A DNA stretch of 64,000 bases, taken from positions 800,001 to 864,000 of the forward strand of contig JBJMOW010000004.1 in NCBI GenBank assembly GCA_045803545.1, given 5' to 3'. How positions within the stretch are numbered: position 1 is the first letter of the stretch; every line of letters starts with the position of its first letter. This document shows positions 26,861 through 37,598 of the stretch, one piece after another. This DNA is from Gemmatimonadaceae bacterium. GTDB taxonomy: Bacteria; Gemmatimonadota; Gemmatimonadetes; Gemmatimonadales; Gemmatimonadaceae. Both the position numbers and the translations under genes were made by a program. The notes below the pieces were generated by a model. It was not told where the DNA came from, searched no databases, and saw only the letters and a list, made by a program, of their open reading frames with translations.

Positions 26861-29107
26861 GTGATGAACCCGCTCAGCGCGACCGACCCGATTGCTCCAC
26901 TCCGGGCTGCACTCGCGGGCCGGTACGAAATCGGCCGAGAGATCGGACAAGGAGCGTTCGCCACCGTCTACCTCGCCAAAGACTCCAGGCATGAGCGTCA
27001 GGTCGCTGTAAAAGTCCTGAACGTCGATCACGGGACGGAGAGCGGTGAAGTGCGATTCGCGCGCGAGATCGGAATGCTCGCGCGATTGCAGCACCCGAAC
27101 ATTCTTCCGCTCCACGACTCCGGTCACGTCGAGTCACTGTTCTACTATCTGATGCCGTACGTCAGTGGTGAGACGTTGCGCGCAAGAATCCATCGGGAGC
27201 GGCGTCTTGCCATCGACGCCGCTGCACAAATCTGCTGCGAATCAGCCGACGCTCTGTCTTACGCGCACGCGCAGGGAATAATTCACCGCGATATCAAGCC
27301 TGAGAATATTCTGCTCTCCGGCGGGCACGCAGTGATTGCCGATTTCGGCATTGCGCGCGCGATCGATCTGGCAGGCGTGCAGACTCTCACACGCACGGGG
27401 ATGGGCGGACCCGGGACGCCCGCTTACATGAGTCCTGAACAGCTGCTGGGCGACCGCGAGCTCGATGGACGCAGCGACATCTACAGTCTTGGTTGCGTTC
27501 TCTTCGAAATGCTCACTGGCAAGCCGCCGTTCTCTGGCAAGGACGGTTTTGCAAAACGCTTCACCGAGCCGGCGCCGGCGCCCTCCAGTCTGCGCAAGGA
27601 AGTACCTCGATGGCTCGACCTCGTAGTGAGCAAAAGCCTCGCACGCGATCCGCACGATCGTTACGGCCGCGCCGAAGAGCTCGCTAGAGATCTCACTCGA
27701 CATCACACCGCCGAAGAACCGACCACTGAATGCGCTTCGATCGGTGTGCTTCCGTTCGCCAACATGAGCGCGAGTCCCGACAACGAATACTTCTCGGACG
27801 GCGTCACGGAGGACATCATCAACGCGCTCTCCCGAATTCCGACGCTGAAAGTCGCGGCGCGCACTTCGACGTTCGCTCTCAGGGGAAAGCCACTCGGCAT
27901 CGCTGAAATCGGCGAGCTACTGAATGTGAAGACGATCCTCGAGGGCAGCGTACGTCGCATGGACAAACGCGTCCGCATCAGCGCACAGTTGGTGAACGCG
28001 AGCGACGGTTATCAGATATGGTCCGAGCGCTACGACCGGGATGTCGAAGACGTTTTCGAGATCCAGGACGAGATCGCGCGCCGGATTGTCGATGAGCTGA
28101 AACTCAAGCTGACGCCGGCGCAAGATAAGGCGCTGATCCAACGACAAACCGAAAACATCGAGGCGTACGAGCTGTACCTGCGCGGAAGGTATTGCTGGCA
28201 TCACTGGAACATGAAACGCGGCCTCGAAAGAGCGGTGCAGCACTATGCGGCTGCGTTGGCGAAGGATCCCAATTACGCACTCGCGTACTCCGGGCTTGCC
28301 GACGCCTACAGCGTGCCCGGATTGTGGGGCATCCTGCCGGCGTCGGCGGTACTACCAAAAGCGATTGCTGCTGCGACGCGCGCCGTGGAGATCGCACCCG
28401 ATCTCGCCGAATCGCGCACGTCACTCGGGTTCGTGCAGCTCCTGAACTGGAACTGGGAGGCGGCAGAATCCTCTTTTCTTCATGCGATCGACCTCAACCC
28501 GCGTTACGCACTCGCACACACTTTTCTGGCGTGGCTTCTGAGCGGTACCGACAGACCACGCGAGGCCGCTGAGGCGGCACGGGTCGGACTGGAGCTGGAC
28601 CCTCTCTCACCCGCGACGAACGGCATTTCTGCGCTTGTCTCATATCACGCGCGACGGTACGACCAGGCTGTTACTGAATGCGAGCGCGCGCTCGACCGCG
28701 ATAAGACTTCGTTCCTTGGCCTTCTCGCAATTTCGCTCTCCTATGCAGCGATGGGGAAGCACGATCAAGCCATCGCCTACGCGAAACAAGGCGCGGAGCT
28801 TTCACCGGACCTTAATCTGCTGCGCGCATTACTCGCGACAACGTACGCCGCTGCTGGCAATAGAAAGGAAGCCCAGCTCGTACTCGACGACCTGCTTGCA
28901 CGCGCAAATCTGGGATACGTGGGTCCGACGATGATCTCGTGGATTTACGCGAATCTCGATCAACCTGAGCGCGCCCTCGAGTGGTTGAACAAGGCGTGCG
29001 CAGAGCACGATTGTACGCTCGCGTTTGGGATCAGAGTTCCGCTGTACGATCACATAAGCGCCGATCCCCGTTTTCAGGAAGTCGTGCGCTGCCTTCGTCT
29101 CGACTGA
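26861..29107 (+). CDS. Ser/Thr protein kinase with TolB-like and TPR domains (no TM)
   Basis: VAVK, HRDIKPEN, DFG, SPE; IGVLPFAN.S...EYFSDG..EDII; TPR repeats. Confidence 0.93.
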   Translation: MMNPLSATDPIAPLRAALAGRYEIGREIGQGAFATVYLAKDSRHERQVAVKVLNVDHGTESGEVRFAREIGMLARLQHPNILPLHDSGHVESLFYYLMPYVSGETLRARIHRERRLAIDAAAQICCESADALSYAHAQGIIHRDIKPENILLSGGHAVIADFGIARAIDLAGVQTLTRTGMGGPGTPAYMSPEQLLGDRELDGRSDIYSLGCVLFEMLTGKPPFSGKDGFAKRFTEPAPAPSSLRKEVPRWLDLVVSKSLARDPHDRYGRAEELARDLTRHHTAEEPTTECASIGVLPFANMSASPDNEYFSDGVTEDIINALSRIPTLKVAARTSTFALRGKPLGIAEIGELLNVKTILEGSVRRMDKRVRISAQLVNASDGYQIWSERYDRDVEDVFEIQDEIARRIVDELKLKLTPAQDKALIQRQTENIEAYELYLRGRYCWHHWNMKRGLERAVQHYAAALAKDPNYALAYSGLADAYSVPGLWGILPASAVLPKAIAAATRAVEIAPDLAESRTSLGFVQLLNWNWEAAESSFLHAIDLNPRYALAHTFLAWLLSGTDRPREAAEAARVGLELDPLSPATNGISALVSYHARRYDQAVTECERALDRDKTSFLGLLAISLSYAAMGKHDQAIAYAKQGAELSPDLNLLRALLATTYAAAGNRKEAQLVLDDLLARANLGYVGPTMISWIYANLDQPERALEWLNKACAEHDCTLAFGIRVPLYDHISADPRFQEVVRCLRLD

Positions 29108-29145
29108 GCCGAAGGTCACGGGGTCATGAGGGGCACGCCGACTCG

Positions 29146-30255
29146 ATGAGCGGCAGCAGGTGTCTCCTGATCGCTCTGTCAGCGCTGGCGTGTCGTGCTC
29201 CACTTACGATTACAACCCAGATCCAATCCGGACAGCAGGTGATCGGCTGCGCAGCCGAAGATTGCGGCAACGCCGACAGCCTGATTGATGTCACCTATCT
29301 TGGCGTTTCCGGCTTCCTGATCGAGCACCGGAATCACGTCCTGCTGACAGCTCCTTTCTTCAGCAATCCTTCTTTCGGACAGGTGCGGCCGCGCGTGCGC
29401 AAGGTTCTGCGCAGCACCCCCAGAATCACGCCTGATACCAATACTATAGAAAGGTTGTTGCCGCGTGGTGCGGACCGGGCAACCACAATCCTCGTCGGCC
29501 ACGGTCACTACGATCATCTGATGGACGTCCCCTACATCGCGACGCATCGTGCAACGTCGGCCACGATTTATGGTGGACCCTCAGTGCGTCACATGCTGAT
29601 GGGAGATTCCGTGCTTCGCATGAATGGCGGACGCAGAGTGGTAGCAATTTCTGAAGTGGTCGCCGGGCGTCCACGGCGGCGCGGTGCGTGGTTCTATGCG
29701 AGCGATAGCGCTTACCGTTTCATGGCTCTGATCTCCGGACATGCTCCGACTTATCGCGCATGGAAGCAGGTTTACACCTTCACCAGCGGAACCGTCGACT
29801 CTGATCGCGACAGCCTCCCGCACACCGCCGCCGAGTGGAAGCTCGGCGAGCCATACTCGTACCTGATCGACGTTTTGGATGATCAAACGCGCTTGCCGGT
29901 ATTCCGGATCTATTTCCAGGACGCTCCGAGCGAGCCGCCGCTTGGTTTTCCACCGGCCGAAGTACTCGCCGAGCGTCCAATCGACCTTGCGGTGTTATGT
30001 GCCGCGACTTCTTCCAACGTTGCAAAAACGCCCGACAGCCTGCTCGTCATTCTGAAGCCGGCGCACGTGATGCTGGGTCATTGGGAAGATTTCTTCCGGG
30101 CGCGGCGCTTGCCGCTGCAGTTGGGACCCGGGACTGATCTCGACGCGTTGCGGAAAAGTCTGGGAAAATCGCTTCCAGCTTCGGCGGATTGGGTTATGCC
30201 GCTGCCGCAGACGACGTTTCGGTTTCGCGAAACGAGATTGCTGCCAAGACGGTAG
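29146..30255 (+). CDS. Metallo-beta-lactamase-fold hydrolase, predicted lipoprotein
   Basis: LSALAC lipobox-like signal; HGHYDH (HxHxDH), later GH and HWEDFF. Confidence 0.8.
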   Translation: MSGSRCLLIALSALACRAPLTITTQIQSGQQVIGCAAEDCGNADSLIDVTYLGVSGFLIEHRNHVLLTAPFFSNPSFGQVRPRVRKVLRSTPRITPDTNTIERLLPRGADRATTILVGHGHYDHLMDVPYIATHRATSATIYGGPSVRHMLMGDSVLRMNGGRRVVAISEVVAGRPRRRGAWFYASDSAYRFMALISGHAPTYRAWKQVYTFTSGTVDSDRDSLPHTAAEWKLGEPYSYLIDVLDDQTRLPVFRIYFQDAPSEPPLGFPPAEVLAERPIDLAVLCAATSSNVAKTPDSLLVILKPAHVMLGHWEDFFRARRLPLQLGPGTDLDALRKSLGKSLPASADWVMPLPQTTFRFRETRLLPRR

Positions 30256-30369
30256 GAAGCTGGCGCCTGCCTGACGAATGAGCCCTTACGCTTGCCCGCT
30301 TAGAGAGCTAAACCTTGCGTGCGTGTCGAAACCGTATGGTGGAGCGACCTGAGCGGATGGACGCAGGAT

Positions 30370-33111
30370 GTGACTGACCTCCACGAGCAACTTCGAACGA
30401 CTCTCAGCGGATACACCGTAGAGCGCGAGCTCGGAGGCGGTGGGATGTCCCGCGTATTCGTCGCCCAGGATACAAGGCTCGGGCGGCGCATCGTCGTCAA
30501 GGTGCTTCACCCGGACCTGGCCGCGGATGTGTCCGCCGCGCGCTTCGAGCGGGAGATTCGCCTCGCGGCTCGACTTCAGCATCCGCACATCGTGCCGCTG
30601 CTCAGCGCGGGAGACATCACCGGGCTTCCTTACTACACGATGCCATTCGTCGAAGGCGAGAGTCTGCGCGCCCGCCTTTCACGCGATGGAGCGCTCGGTA
30701 TTGCCGATGCGCTTCGTCTGATCCGCGAGCTTGCCGATGGTCTCGCATACGCGCACCAGCAAGGAGTGATTCACCGCGATCTGAAACCGGAGAACGTACT
30801 CCTGTCGGCGAGCCATGCGATGGTCACCGATTTCGGTGTCGCCAAAGCTCTGTCCGTCGCCACGGTGGGCGGGACAGGCAGCGATGATTCGTCCGTCAAC
30901 ACTCTGACTTCTGCCATGGGTGTCCCCATCGGGACTATCGGATACATGGCTCCCGAGCAAGCTGTTGGAGATCCGACGATTGATCATCGTGCGGACCTTT
31001 ACGCGCTGGGCGTCATCGCCTATGAGACGCTTGCCGGCGAGCATCCTTTCAGCGGTCGCGCTCCACAAGCCATGCTGGCTGCGCACCTGACTGAGGCCCC
31101 ACCTTCATTGCTTGACCGCAGGCCTGACGTGCCACCCGGGGTCGCAGAGCTCGTAGCGCGTCTCCTGCAAAAACGAGCGATCGATCGTCCGCAAAGCGCG
31201 GCGGAAGTCAGGGCAACGCTCGACACCATCGGTGCGCCGACTGAAACGCAGCCCGGCGCGACTGCTGCGACAAACCGCTCGCGGCGGCGTATGCGCGTTG
31301 CAGTTGTCGGCGGTGGGTTGGGACTGCTGGCTCTCATTGCACTCGTCGCGCTTGTGTCACGTCGTAAGACAGCCCCTCAACAGCCAGTGCTGGCCGTTCT
31401 CCCGTTCGAGAACCTCGGCCAGCCCGCCGACGCGTATTTCGCAGATGGACTGACAGACGAAGTGACGAGTCGTCTCTCCGGCGTATCGGGGTTGCGGGTA
31501 ATCGGCCGGGCGAGCGCGCGACGCTACAAGGAATCCACGAAGAGTCCGCGAGAGATCGCCCAGGAGCTCGGTGCCAACTATTTACTGACGGGCACAGTAC
31601 GATGGGAGCGATCCGACAGCGGCAGTGGTCGCGTGCGAGTGAGTCCGGTATTAGTCCGCGCCTCGGATCAGTCCAGCGTATGGGCGGAACCGTACGAGGG
31701 ACCACTAAGCGATGTGTTTCGTGTCCAGGCGAACGTCGCCGAACGAGTTGCGGGCGCGCTCGATGTTGCGTTGCTCAGTGGTGAGCACCAATCCGTAGTA
31801 GCACGGCCAACATCGAATCTCGCGGCGTACGACGCATACCTGCGCGGCCTCGCCAGCTCGACGCGCGCGAATCGCTTTACACCACAGCGCGTCGACACTG
31901 CCATCGCGAATTTCGAGCGTGCTACGGCACTCGATTCAAATTTCGCCCTCGCGCACGCACTGCTGGCTCGCTCATATCTCGACAAGAGAATCCTGGCCAA
32001 CGACCGCAACTACTCTGTGAAGGCCAGGGCAAGTGCAGAGCGAGCAGTCGCGCTCGATCCGTCACAAGCGGAAAGCCAGTTCGCACTCGCCGAAGCACGT
32101 CGCGATGAAGGGGACATGGACGGAGCCTACACAGCAATTAGCGCGGCAACGAGGTCCGCTCCCAGCAATACCGAGATGCTGTATTTCCTGGGCGCAATGG
32201 AGGAATTCCGGGGAAATCCGGAGCGCGCCCGGGAGATAGGATTGCGTGCGGAAGTGCTAGATCCACGCTCACCCGAGCCGCCGGCTTATTTGGCCGGATT
32301 GTATGATCGCCTCGGGAGATATCAGGACGCCATTCAAATGCGCGAGCGCGAGATTGCGCTCAGCCCTGACAACGGTTTGGCCTATGTGGTGCAGGCGGCT
32401 TCGTACCTGATTTGGCGAGCCGACACCATGAATGCCCGTCGCGTTCTCGAGCGCGGAGGCACGAGTGCGCTGGCCTGGATGATCGGTTCCGTTCGCGCGC
32501 CGGGCGCGATCGGTCTCTGGGAATTGTCGCTAACAAGGGCTGCGCGGCAAGCAAAGGACACCATCACCTACCAGGGATTCGTTCAAAACGGCATCGGTGT
32601 GGCTCCCCATGTGTTTCACTTGATGAAGCTCCACCATTTCTTCTTCACGGCGCAACCTTCCCGTGCGCGTTCGGAGGCAGATTCCATCATCAGGTTATAC
32701 GAGCGGTCTATTCCTCAAGCCTCCGGCTCCGGCGCACTTGGATACGCCCGGTTCCAAGACGACTTCACGCATCTCGCGTTGGCAGAGGCGTACGGTGTTG
32801 TCGGGCGCGCCGCCGATGCTGCGCGAGAAAATGACCGCTACACAGCCAGCATCCGTCTGCGGCGCGACATTGCAGAATTCGGCGGAGTGGAAGAGGGGCT
32901 CAACAACGCGGCGTTTGCCGACGTACTGATGGGTCGACAGAATGAGGCGATCGCCAGACTCCGCGAGCTTGCTCGACGTCCGACGCCTGGTTGGTGGATT
33001 TCTCCGGCCCTGCTTCGCGAGGATCCGGCGTGGGCACCGCTGCGGGGAAATTCGGACTTCCGGAAACTGATTGCGGAGCTCGACACAACTCGCCGCTCCG
33101 AGGTCCGCTAG
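30370..33111 (+). CDS. Ser/Thr protein kinase with TM, TolB-like and TPR domains
   Basis: GGGGMS, HRDLKPEN, DFG, APE; hydrophobic helix; LAVLPFENLG...YFADG; TPRs. Confidence 0.93.
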   Translation: MTDLHEQLRTTLSGYTVERELGGGGMSRVFVAQDTRLGRRIVVKVLHPDLAADVSAARFEREIRLAARLQHPHIVPLLSAGDITGLPYYTMPFVEGESLRARLSRDGALGIADALRLIRELADGLAYAHQQGVIHRDLKPENVLLSASHAMVTDFGVAKALSVATVGGTGSDDSSVNTLTSAMGVPIGTIGYMAPEQAVGDPTIDHRADLYALGVIAYETLAGEHPFSGRAPQAMLAAHLTEAPPSLLDRRPDVPPGVAELVARLLQKRAIDRPQSAAEVRATLDTIGAPTETQPGATAATNRSRRRMRVAVVGGGLGLLALIALVALVSRRKTAPQQPVLAVLPFENLGQPADAYFADGLTDEVTSRLSGVSGLRVIGRASARRYKESTKSPREIAQELGANYLLTGTVRWERSDSGSGRVRVSPVLVRASDQSSVWAEPYEGPLSDVFRVQANVAERVAGALDVALLSGEHQSVVARPTSNLAAYDAYLRGLASSTRANRFTPQRVDTAIANFERATALDSNFALAHALLARSYLDKRILANDRNYSVKARASAERAVALDPSQAESQFALAEARRDEGDMDGAYTAISAATRSAPSNTEMLYFLGAMEEFRGNPERAREIGLRAEVLDPRSPEPPAYLAGLYDRLGRYQDAIQMREREIALSPDNGLAYVVQAASYLIWRADTMNARRVLERGGTSALAWMIGSVRAPGAIGLWELSLTRAARQAKDTITYQGFVQNGIGVAPHVFHLMKLHHFFFTAQPSRARSEADSIIRLYERSIPQASGSGALGYARFQDDFTHLALAEAYGVVGRAADAARENDRYTASIRLRRDIAEFGGVEEGLNNAAFADVLMGRQNEAIARLRELARRPTPGWWISPALLREDPAWAPLRGNSDFRKLIAELDTTRRSEVR

Positions 33112-33229
33112 CGGGTATTGAATCATTTACTGCCGGGCGCGTTGCGCAACGACAGGCGGGAGGAAGACATCTCGCCCATAGACACCAGCCCGCTATAGAC
33201 CGTATTCTATTCGGACCTCGGGGGTCTGA

Positions 33230-35890
33230 GTGGACGAAGCGAGTGAACTCAACTCGGCGCTCGCCGGCCGATATCGAATCGAGCGCGAGATCGGAAGAGG
33301 CGGCATGGCCACCGTCTACGTCGCGCACGATCTTCGTCACGAGCGGGAAGTCGCTCTCAAGGTACTGGACCCGGAGCTCGCCGCAGTCGTCGGTAAAGAG
33401 CGGTTCCTCTCAGAAATCCGTGTCACTGCCAGGCTACAGCATCCGCATCTGCTGCCGCTCTTCGACAGCGGCATAGCCGAAAACCAGCTGTTCTACGTCA
33501 TGCCGTACGTGGAAGGTGAGTCGCTGCGTGCTCTGCTGAATAATCGGCGTCAGCTTCCGATCGAAGAAGCGGTACGCATTGCTATTGGAGTTGGCAGCGC
33601 ACTCGGCTACGCGCACAGACACGGCGTCGTTCACCGCGATCTCAAGCCCGAGAATATTCTGCTGCACGAAGGCGAGCCGCTGGTGGCAGACTTTGGAATT
33701 GCTCTCGCCCTCAGCGCCGCCAGCACCGCGCGAATTACGCAGACCGGAGTCTCACTCGGCACGCCACAGTATATGTCGCCCGAGCAGGCAACCGGCGATC
33801 GCGTCATCGACGGCCGCACTGACATCTACTCGCTGGGCGCGGTCCTCTACGAAATGTTGACCGGAGAGCCTCCGTATACGGGCAGCAGTGCGCAGGCGGT
33901 CATCGCCAAGGTGGTCACCGACAAGCCGAGGCCTCTGCGCGCATTTCGTGATACGATTCCGCCGCATGTGGAAGCGGCCGTCGACCGCGCGCTCGCAAAA
34001 ATCCCCGCCGACAGGTTCGACACCGCGCAGGATTTCGTCGATGCGCTGCGCGGTACACGGACTGTAGCGCTCAGTGATCCAGGGTCGAAGGGCGCGCTCA
34101 CACCTCCTGGTCTGGCGCCGCGGGGTCGGGCTTGGCGAAGCAAGCTGGTCGTTGGGGCACTCGTCGCCGTCGGTTTTGCAATCGGCGCCGCCGCGATGCG
34201 GACTTTCACGCCGACGCCTCCTGCTTCCCGACCGATTCGATTCATGATCACTCAAAACGACAGTGCGCGTTTCCGAAATCCGCCGACCCTATCGATGGCG
34301 CTTGCGCGGGACGGGTCGCGAATCGTCTACGTAGGTGGCGACGCCACGAAGGTGCAGTTGTTCGTTCACGAGCTGGACGAGCTCGATGCGAAGCCCATTC
34401 GGGGACTCGATGAGAGTGAGTTGCCGGAAATCCCGGTACTCTCGCCCGACGGCCGCAACGTGTTGTACCGTGCTGGCGGCGGTTATTTGAAGCGCGTTCC
34501 AGTCGATGGAGGAGCGCCGGTCGTTCTCGCCGATAGCGGGACGAGCTACAGCTGGGGCGACAACGGCGTAATTCTTCTTTACGTTCCGCCGGCGAGGCTG
34601 TTTCAAACAAGCGATGGCGCGGCCACTCCACGGCTCGTCGCCACAGCACCACGCAAGCTCGGGTTCATCACTTTCGGCTTTCCGTATCTGCTTCCCGGGA
34701 GCAACGCCGCGCTGCTGACGATGTACAAAGGCGAAGTTGCGGCGACGACGGCCTACCTCGGCGCAGTGCGCTTGAGTGACGGCCAGGTCATCGACCTGCA
34801 GATGTCCGGCTCGAACCCACGCTACGCAGCAGGCTACGTTTTCTTCGCGCGCCCCAATGGAAGTATCTTTGCCGCCCCGTTTGATGCTGACAAGCTCCGC
34901 ATTACGGGTGCGGCCGCGCCGGTGCTGGACAACGTAATAGTGAAAGGCACTGGCTCCGCCGAGTTCGGCGTCTCCGACAATGGTACGCTGGTGTATCGAA
35001 GCGGCGTGACGGAGAAGAAACTGATGCTGGTAGATCTGCATGGAAAAGAAACGCAGCTGCTGCCCCAGCTTCGCGACTATGGAACTCCGCGCTTCTCACC
35101 AGATGGAAAGCGTCTCGCGGTTGCAATTCTAGGTACAGAGCGCACCGCACGAACCTGGATCTACGACAAGCAGTCCGGAGCGCTCACCCGGTTAACCGAC
35201 AACGGCGGAGACCGGCCTGAGTGGAGTCCCGATGGACTGAATATCCTGAGCAATCAGCGCGAGGCAGGCACCCCGCGATTCGTCAAACAGCGCTGGGATG
35301 GCAGCGACGCTCCGCAGGATTTTCTGAAAGTGCCGGAGAGGGAAGTCCTCGAGCTCTCCGTGCCAAGCAGCGGAAAGGGATATCTCGCCGCCCGGGTTGG
35401 CGCCCCGTCGCGTGACATCTGGATTGCGCCAGTCGACTCTCCGCAGGCCGTTCGTCCCTTCCTCGCAACACGCGCGGAGGAGATGATGCCAAGCGTATCA
35501 CCGGACGGAAAATGGCTTGCATACGTGTCGAATGAATCGGGACGCTCCGAAGTCTACGTGAGGCCGATGCCGGGTCCTGGGCGGCAGCTCCAGATCTCAA
35601 CCGATGGCGGCATGGAACCGCTCTGGTCGCCGAAGCGGCGCGAGCTGTTTTACAGAGGCAGCGGCAAGATCATCCTCGCGCGTATCACGAACCTCGAGAC
35701 GTCACCGTCGGTGACGCGTGAGGACCTGTTCGACGACGTGTACGTCAGTGTTCCCGTGCATTCGATGTACGGAGTGAGCCCGGACGGAACCACACTCGTA
35801 TTCTCCAAGCCAGCCGGCGGTGAGACCAAGACGGTCGTGGTGTTGAACTGGCTCGACGAAGTACGCCGGAAATTAGCCGCCGCTCGCTAA
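33230..35890 (+). CDS. Ser/Thr protein kinase with TM and PD40/TolB beta-propeller
   Basis: GRGGMA, HRDLKPEN, DFG, SPE; repeated SPDG; C-terminal VVLNW. Confidence 0.93.
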   Translation: MDEASELNSALAGRYRIEREIGRGGMATVYVAHDLRHEREVALKVLDPELAAVVGKERFLSEIRVTARLQHPHLLPLFDSGIAENQLFYVMPYVEGESLRALLNNRRQLPIEEAVRIAIGVGSALGYAHRHGVVHRDLKPENILLHEGEPLVADFGIALALSAASTARITQTGVSLGTPQYMSPEQATGDRVIDGRTDIYSLGAVLYEMLTGEPPYTGSSAQAVIAKVVTDKPRPLRAFRDTIPPHVEAAVDRALAKIPADRFDTAQDFVDALRGTRTVALSDPGSKGALTPPGLAPRGRAWRSKLVVGALVAVGFAIGAAAMRTFTPTPPASRPIRFMITQNDSARFRNPPTLSMALARDGSRIVYVGGDATKVQLFVHELDELDAKPIRGLDESELPEIPVLSPDGRNVLYRAGGGYLKRVPVDGGAPVVLADSGTSYSWGDNGVILLYVPPARLFQTSDGAATPRLVATAPRKLGFITFGFPYLLPGSNAALLTMYKGEVAATTAYLGAVRLSDGQVIDLQMSGSNPRYAAGYVFFARPNGSIFAAPFDADKLRITGAAAPVLDNVIVKGTGSAEFGVSDNGTLVYRSGVTEKKLMLVDLHGKETQLLPQLRDYGTPRFSPDGKRLAVAILGTERTARTWIYDKQSGALTRLTDNGGDRPEWSPDGLNILSNQREAGTPRFVKQRWDGSDAPQDFLKVPEREVLELSVPSSGKGYLAARVGAPSRDIWIAPVDSPQAVRPFLATRAEEMMPSVSPDGKWLAYVSNESGRSEVYVRPMPGPGRQLQISTDGGMEPLWSPKRRELFYRGSGKIILARITNLETSPSVTREDLFDDVYVSVPVHSMYGVSPDGTTLVFSKPAGGETKTVVVLNWLDEVRRKLAAAR

Positions 35891-35927
35891 GGCTACTGTA
35901 CTTCTCGGCAACGCGATCTAGCAGCTC

Positions 35928-36359
35928 TCACGGACGTACTGTGATGCGACCGACCATGCCGACCGCCAGATGTGGTGCACAGTAGTACCGATACGTGCCC
36001 GGTCGGAGTCCGGCGAGTGACACCGTGTACGTCTCGTTCGGCCCGCTGAGCATAACACCCTCCAACGCGTCCATCGTTTGCTGCATGTTCTTCTGCAAAC
36101 TCGCAGCGGCGCCGGCGGGGATGCTGTCAGCCCAGAAGCTGACATTGTGTGGTCCGCCGCTGACGTTGACGAAGCGCACAACGTCGCCGATGTGCGCTGA
36201 GATGTTCGCTGGACTGAAGCGATAGCCATCAGCACCGCCTGTCATTCGTACTACGATCGTCACGCCCGCGTGCGAACTTGTGCTGTGGACAAATGAACCG
36301 GTCGCGAACGTCAGAACCGAAATCAACGCGACAGCGGTAGTGACTCGCGTGAGACTCAT
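35928..36359 (-). CDS. Plastocyanin/azurin-family blue copper protein
   Basis: Signal peptide; F.P, HNV, YCxPHxxxGM (His/Cys/His/Met type-1 site). Confidence 0.92.
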   Translation of the reverse strand: MSLTRVTTAVALISVLTFATGSFVHSTSSHAGVTIVVRMTGGADGYRFSPANISAHIGDVVRFVNVSGGPHNVSFWADSIPAGAAASLQKNMQQTMDALEGVMLSGPNETYTVSLAGLRPGTYRYYCAPHLAVGMVGRITVRP

Positions 36360-36460
36360 TGTTCAGCGGGCGCGTCCGCCGCGACTTTTTTCTGGCGGTG
36401 CGGTGCCTCGCTCGCTCGAGCAAACGCCGCAGCTCTTGGTTGGGAAGGTTTCGACGGCAT
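36356..36460 (-). CDS. Possible 34-aa upstream ORF coupled to the blue copper gene
   Basis: GAGAG 5 nt before ATG; ATGA overlap with the plastocyanin start. Confidence 0.3.
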   Translation of the reverse strand: MPSKPSQPRAAAFARASEAPHRQKKVAADAPAEQ

Positions 36461-36560
36461 GGTTACTCTCGATTGGCTGGGAAGATAGGTGCAAAACTGT
36501 TACCATCGTGTGTGCCCTTACCATCGGCAGCGGAAGAAGGGATAGCGGCTATTGGCGAGA

Positions 36561-37430
36561 TCAATGCTTATCCGAGGCTCGATCGAGAAATGCTAAAATG
36601 ATCGGGTTCAGCCACTCCGGATGCTCACCGAGTGTGTTATGCCCCGTTCCCGGTACGATCAGCAACTCCGCTCTCGGCAGATTCCGATAAAGCGAGATCG
36701 TGTGCTCGAGCCGGGCGGACCCATGATCACCATCGATCACCAATGTCGGCACACCGACTCGCGCCAAGACTGCGGGCCCGAGCTCCGTCAGAGTTGGGTG
36801 GTGCAGCCAAAGATTCTTGATCTTCGCCGCGAATATTGGATAGTGATTAATTGAGTCGGCGAATCGCCGCGAATAATTGGCAATGCTTTGAGTATCTGCC
36901 TCTGATCGGCTGGCCTCAACTTCAGCCGCAATGCTCGGTCCAAAGGCTTCGGCGAGTGGAAGTGTGCTCGCACCCGTGACGACCAGACGCCGAACGAGTT
37001 CCGGATGTCGTGCCGCGAGCAGGAGCCCAACGATTCCGCCGTCGCTCCAGCCAAGAACATCCACATTCTTTAGTCGCAACTGCTGCAGAAGCTGCGCGGT
37101 GTTATCAGCCATCGCGACATAATCGAGGGGCGCATCTATATCACGCGTCCGTCCATGTCCCTGCTGCTCGGGTGCGATCAGCACGCGGTGGGCGGAGAAA
37201 TACGCCAGCTGCTTCGGAAACGATTGCTCGATCGTGCTACTACCACCGTGGAGCAAAAGCATTGGCTGGCCTGAGCCGTATACCTGGTAGTACATGCTCA
37301 GTCTGCCAATCTGGGCGTAGTGACTGTCGTGAGGAACGGGTAACGCGGAATCCGCCACCTGTGCACTGGCGGGCATGGGCAAATGGAGAAGGACCACACA
37401 TATCCAGCGTATCGAGACGAGATTTCTCAC
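36561..37430 (-). CDS. Secreted alpha/beta hydrolase
   Basis: GAGGAGGAG RBS before GTG 37430; LLHGG, GHGRT, GWSDGG, GD.., GH. Confidence 0.88.
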   Translation of the reverse strand: MRNLVSIRWICVVLLHLPMPASAQVADSALPVPHDSHYAQIGRLSMYYQVYGSGQPMLLLHGGSSTIEQSFPKQLAYFSAHRVLIAPEQQGHGRTRDIDAPLDYVAMADNTAQLLQQLRLKNVDVLGWSDGGIVGLLLAARHPELVRRLVVTGASTLPLAEAFGPSIAAEVEASRSEADTQSIANYSRRFADSINHYPIFAAKIKNLWLHHPTLTELGPAVLARVGVPTLVIDGDHGSARLEHTISLYRNLPRAELLIVPGTGHNTLGEHPEWLNPIILAFLDRASDKH

Positions 37431-37598
37431 CGCTCCTCCTCGTGAGTGTTTCAGAATCTTGACAGCTGGTGTCAAGAAGGACTTTTCGGTTGAGATTCTC
37501 CGAGAGGACCACCGCTGCCCTTTAATCTCAACCATTCATGGCACGTCTGTGTCCAACGCTGAAAGATCAGACACTACTTTATTCAGCGACTACGGCCA

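Noticed and set aside
36360..36506. In-frame TGA read-through (selenocysteine) extension of the blue copper protein containing CGVC
   Set aside because: The TGA would precede a normal signal peptide, no SECIS-like hairpin was evident, and the upstream ATG lacks an RBS
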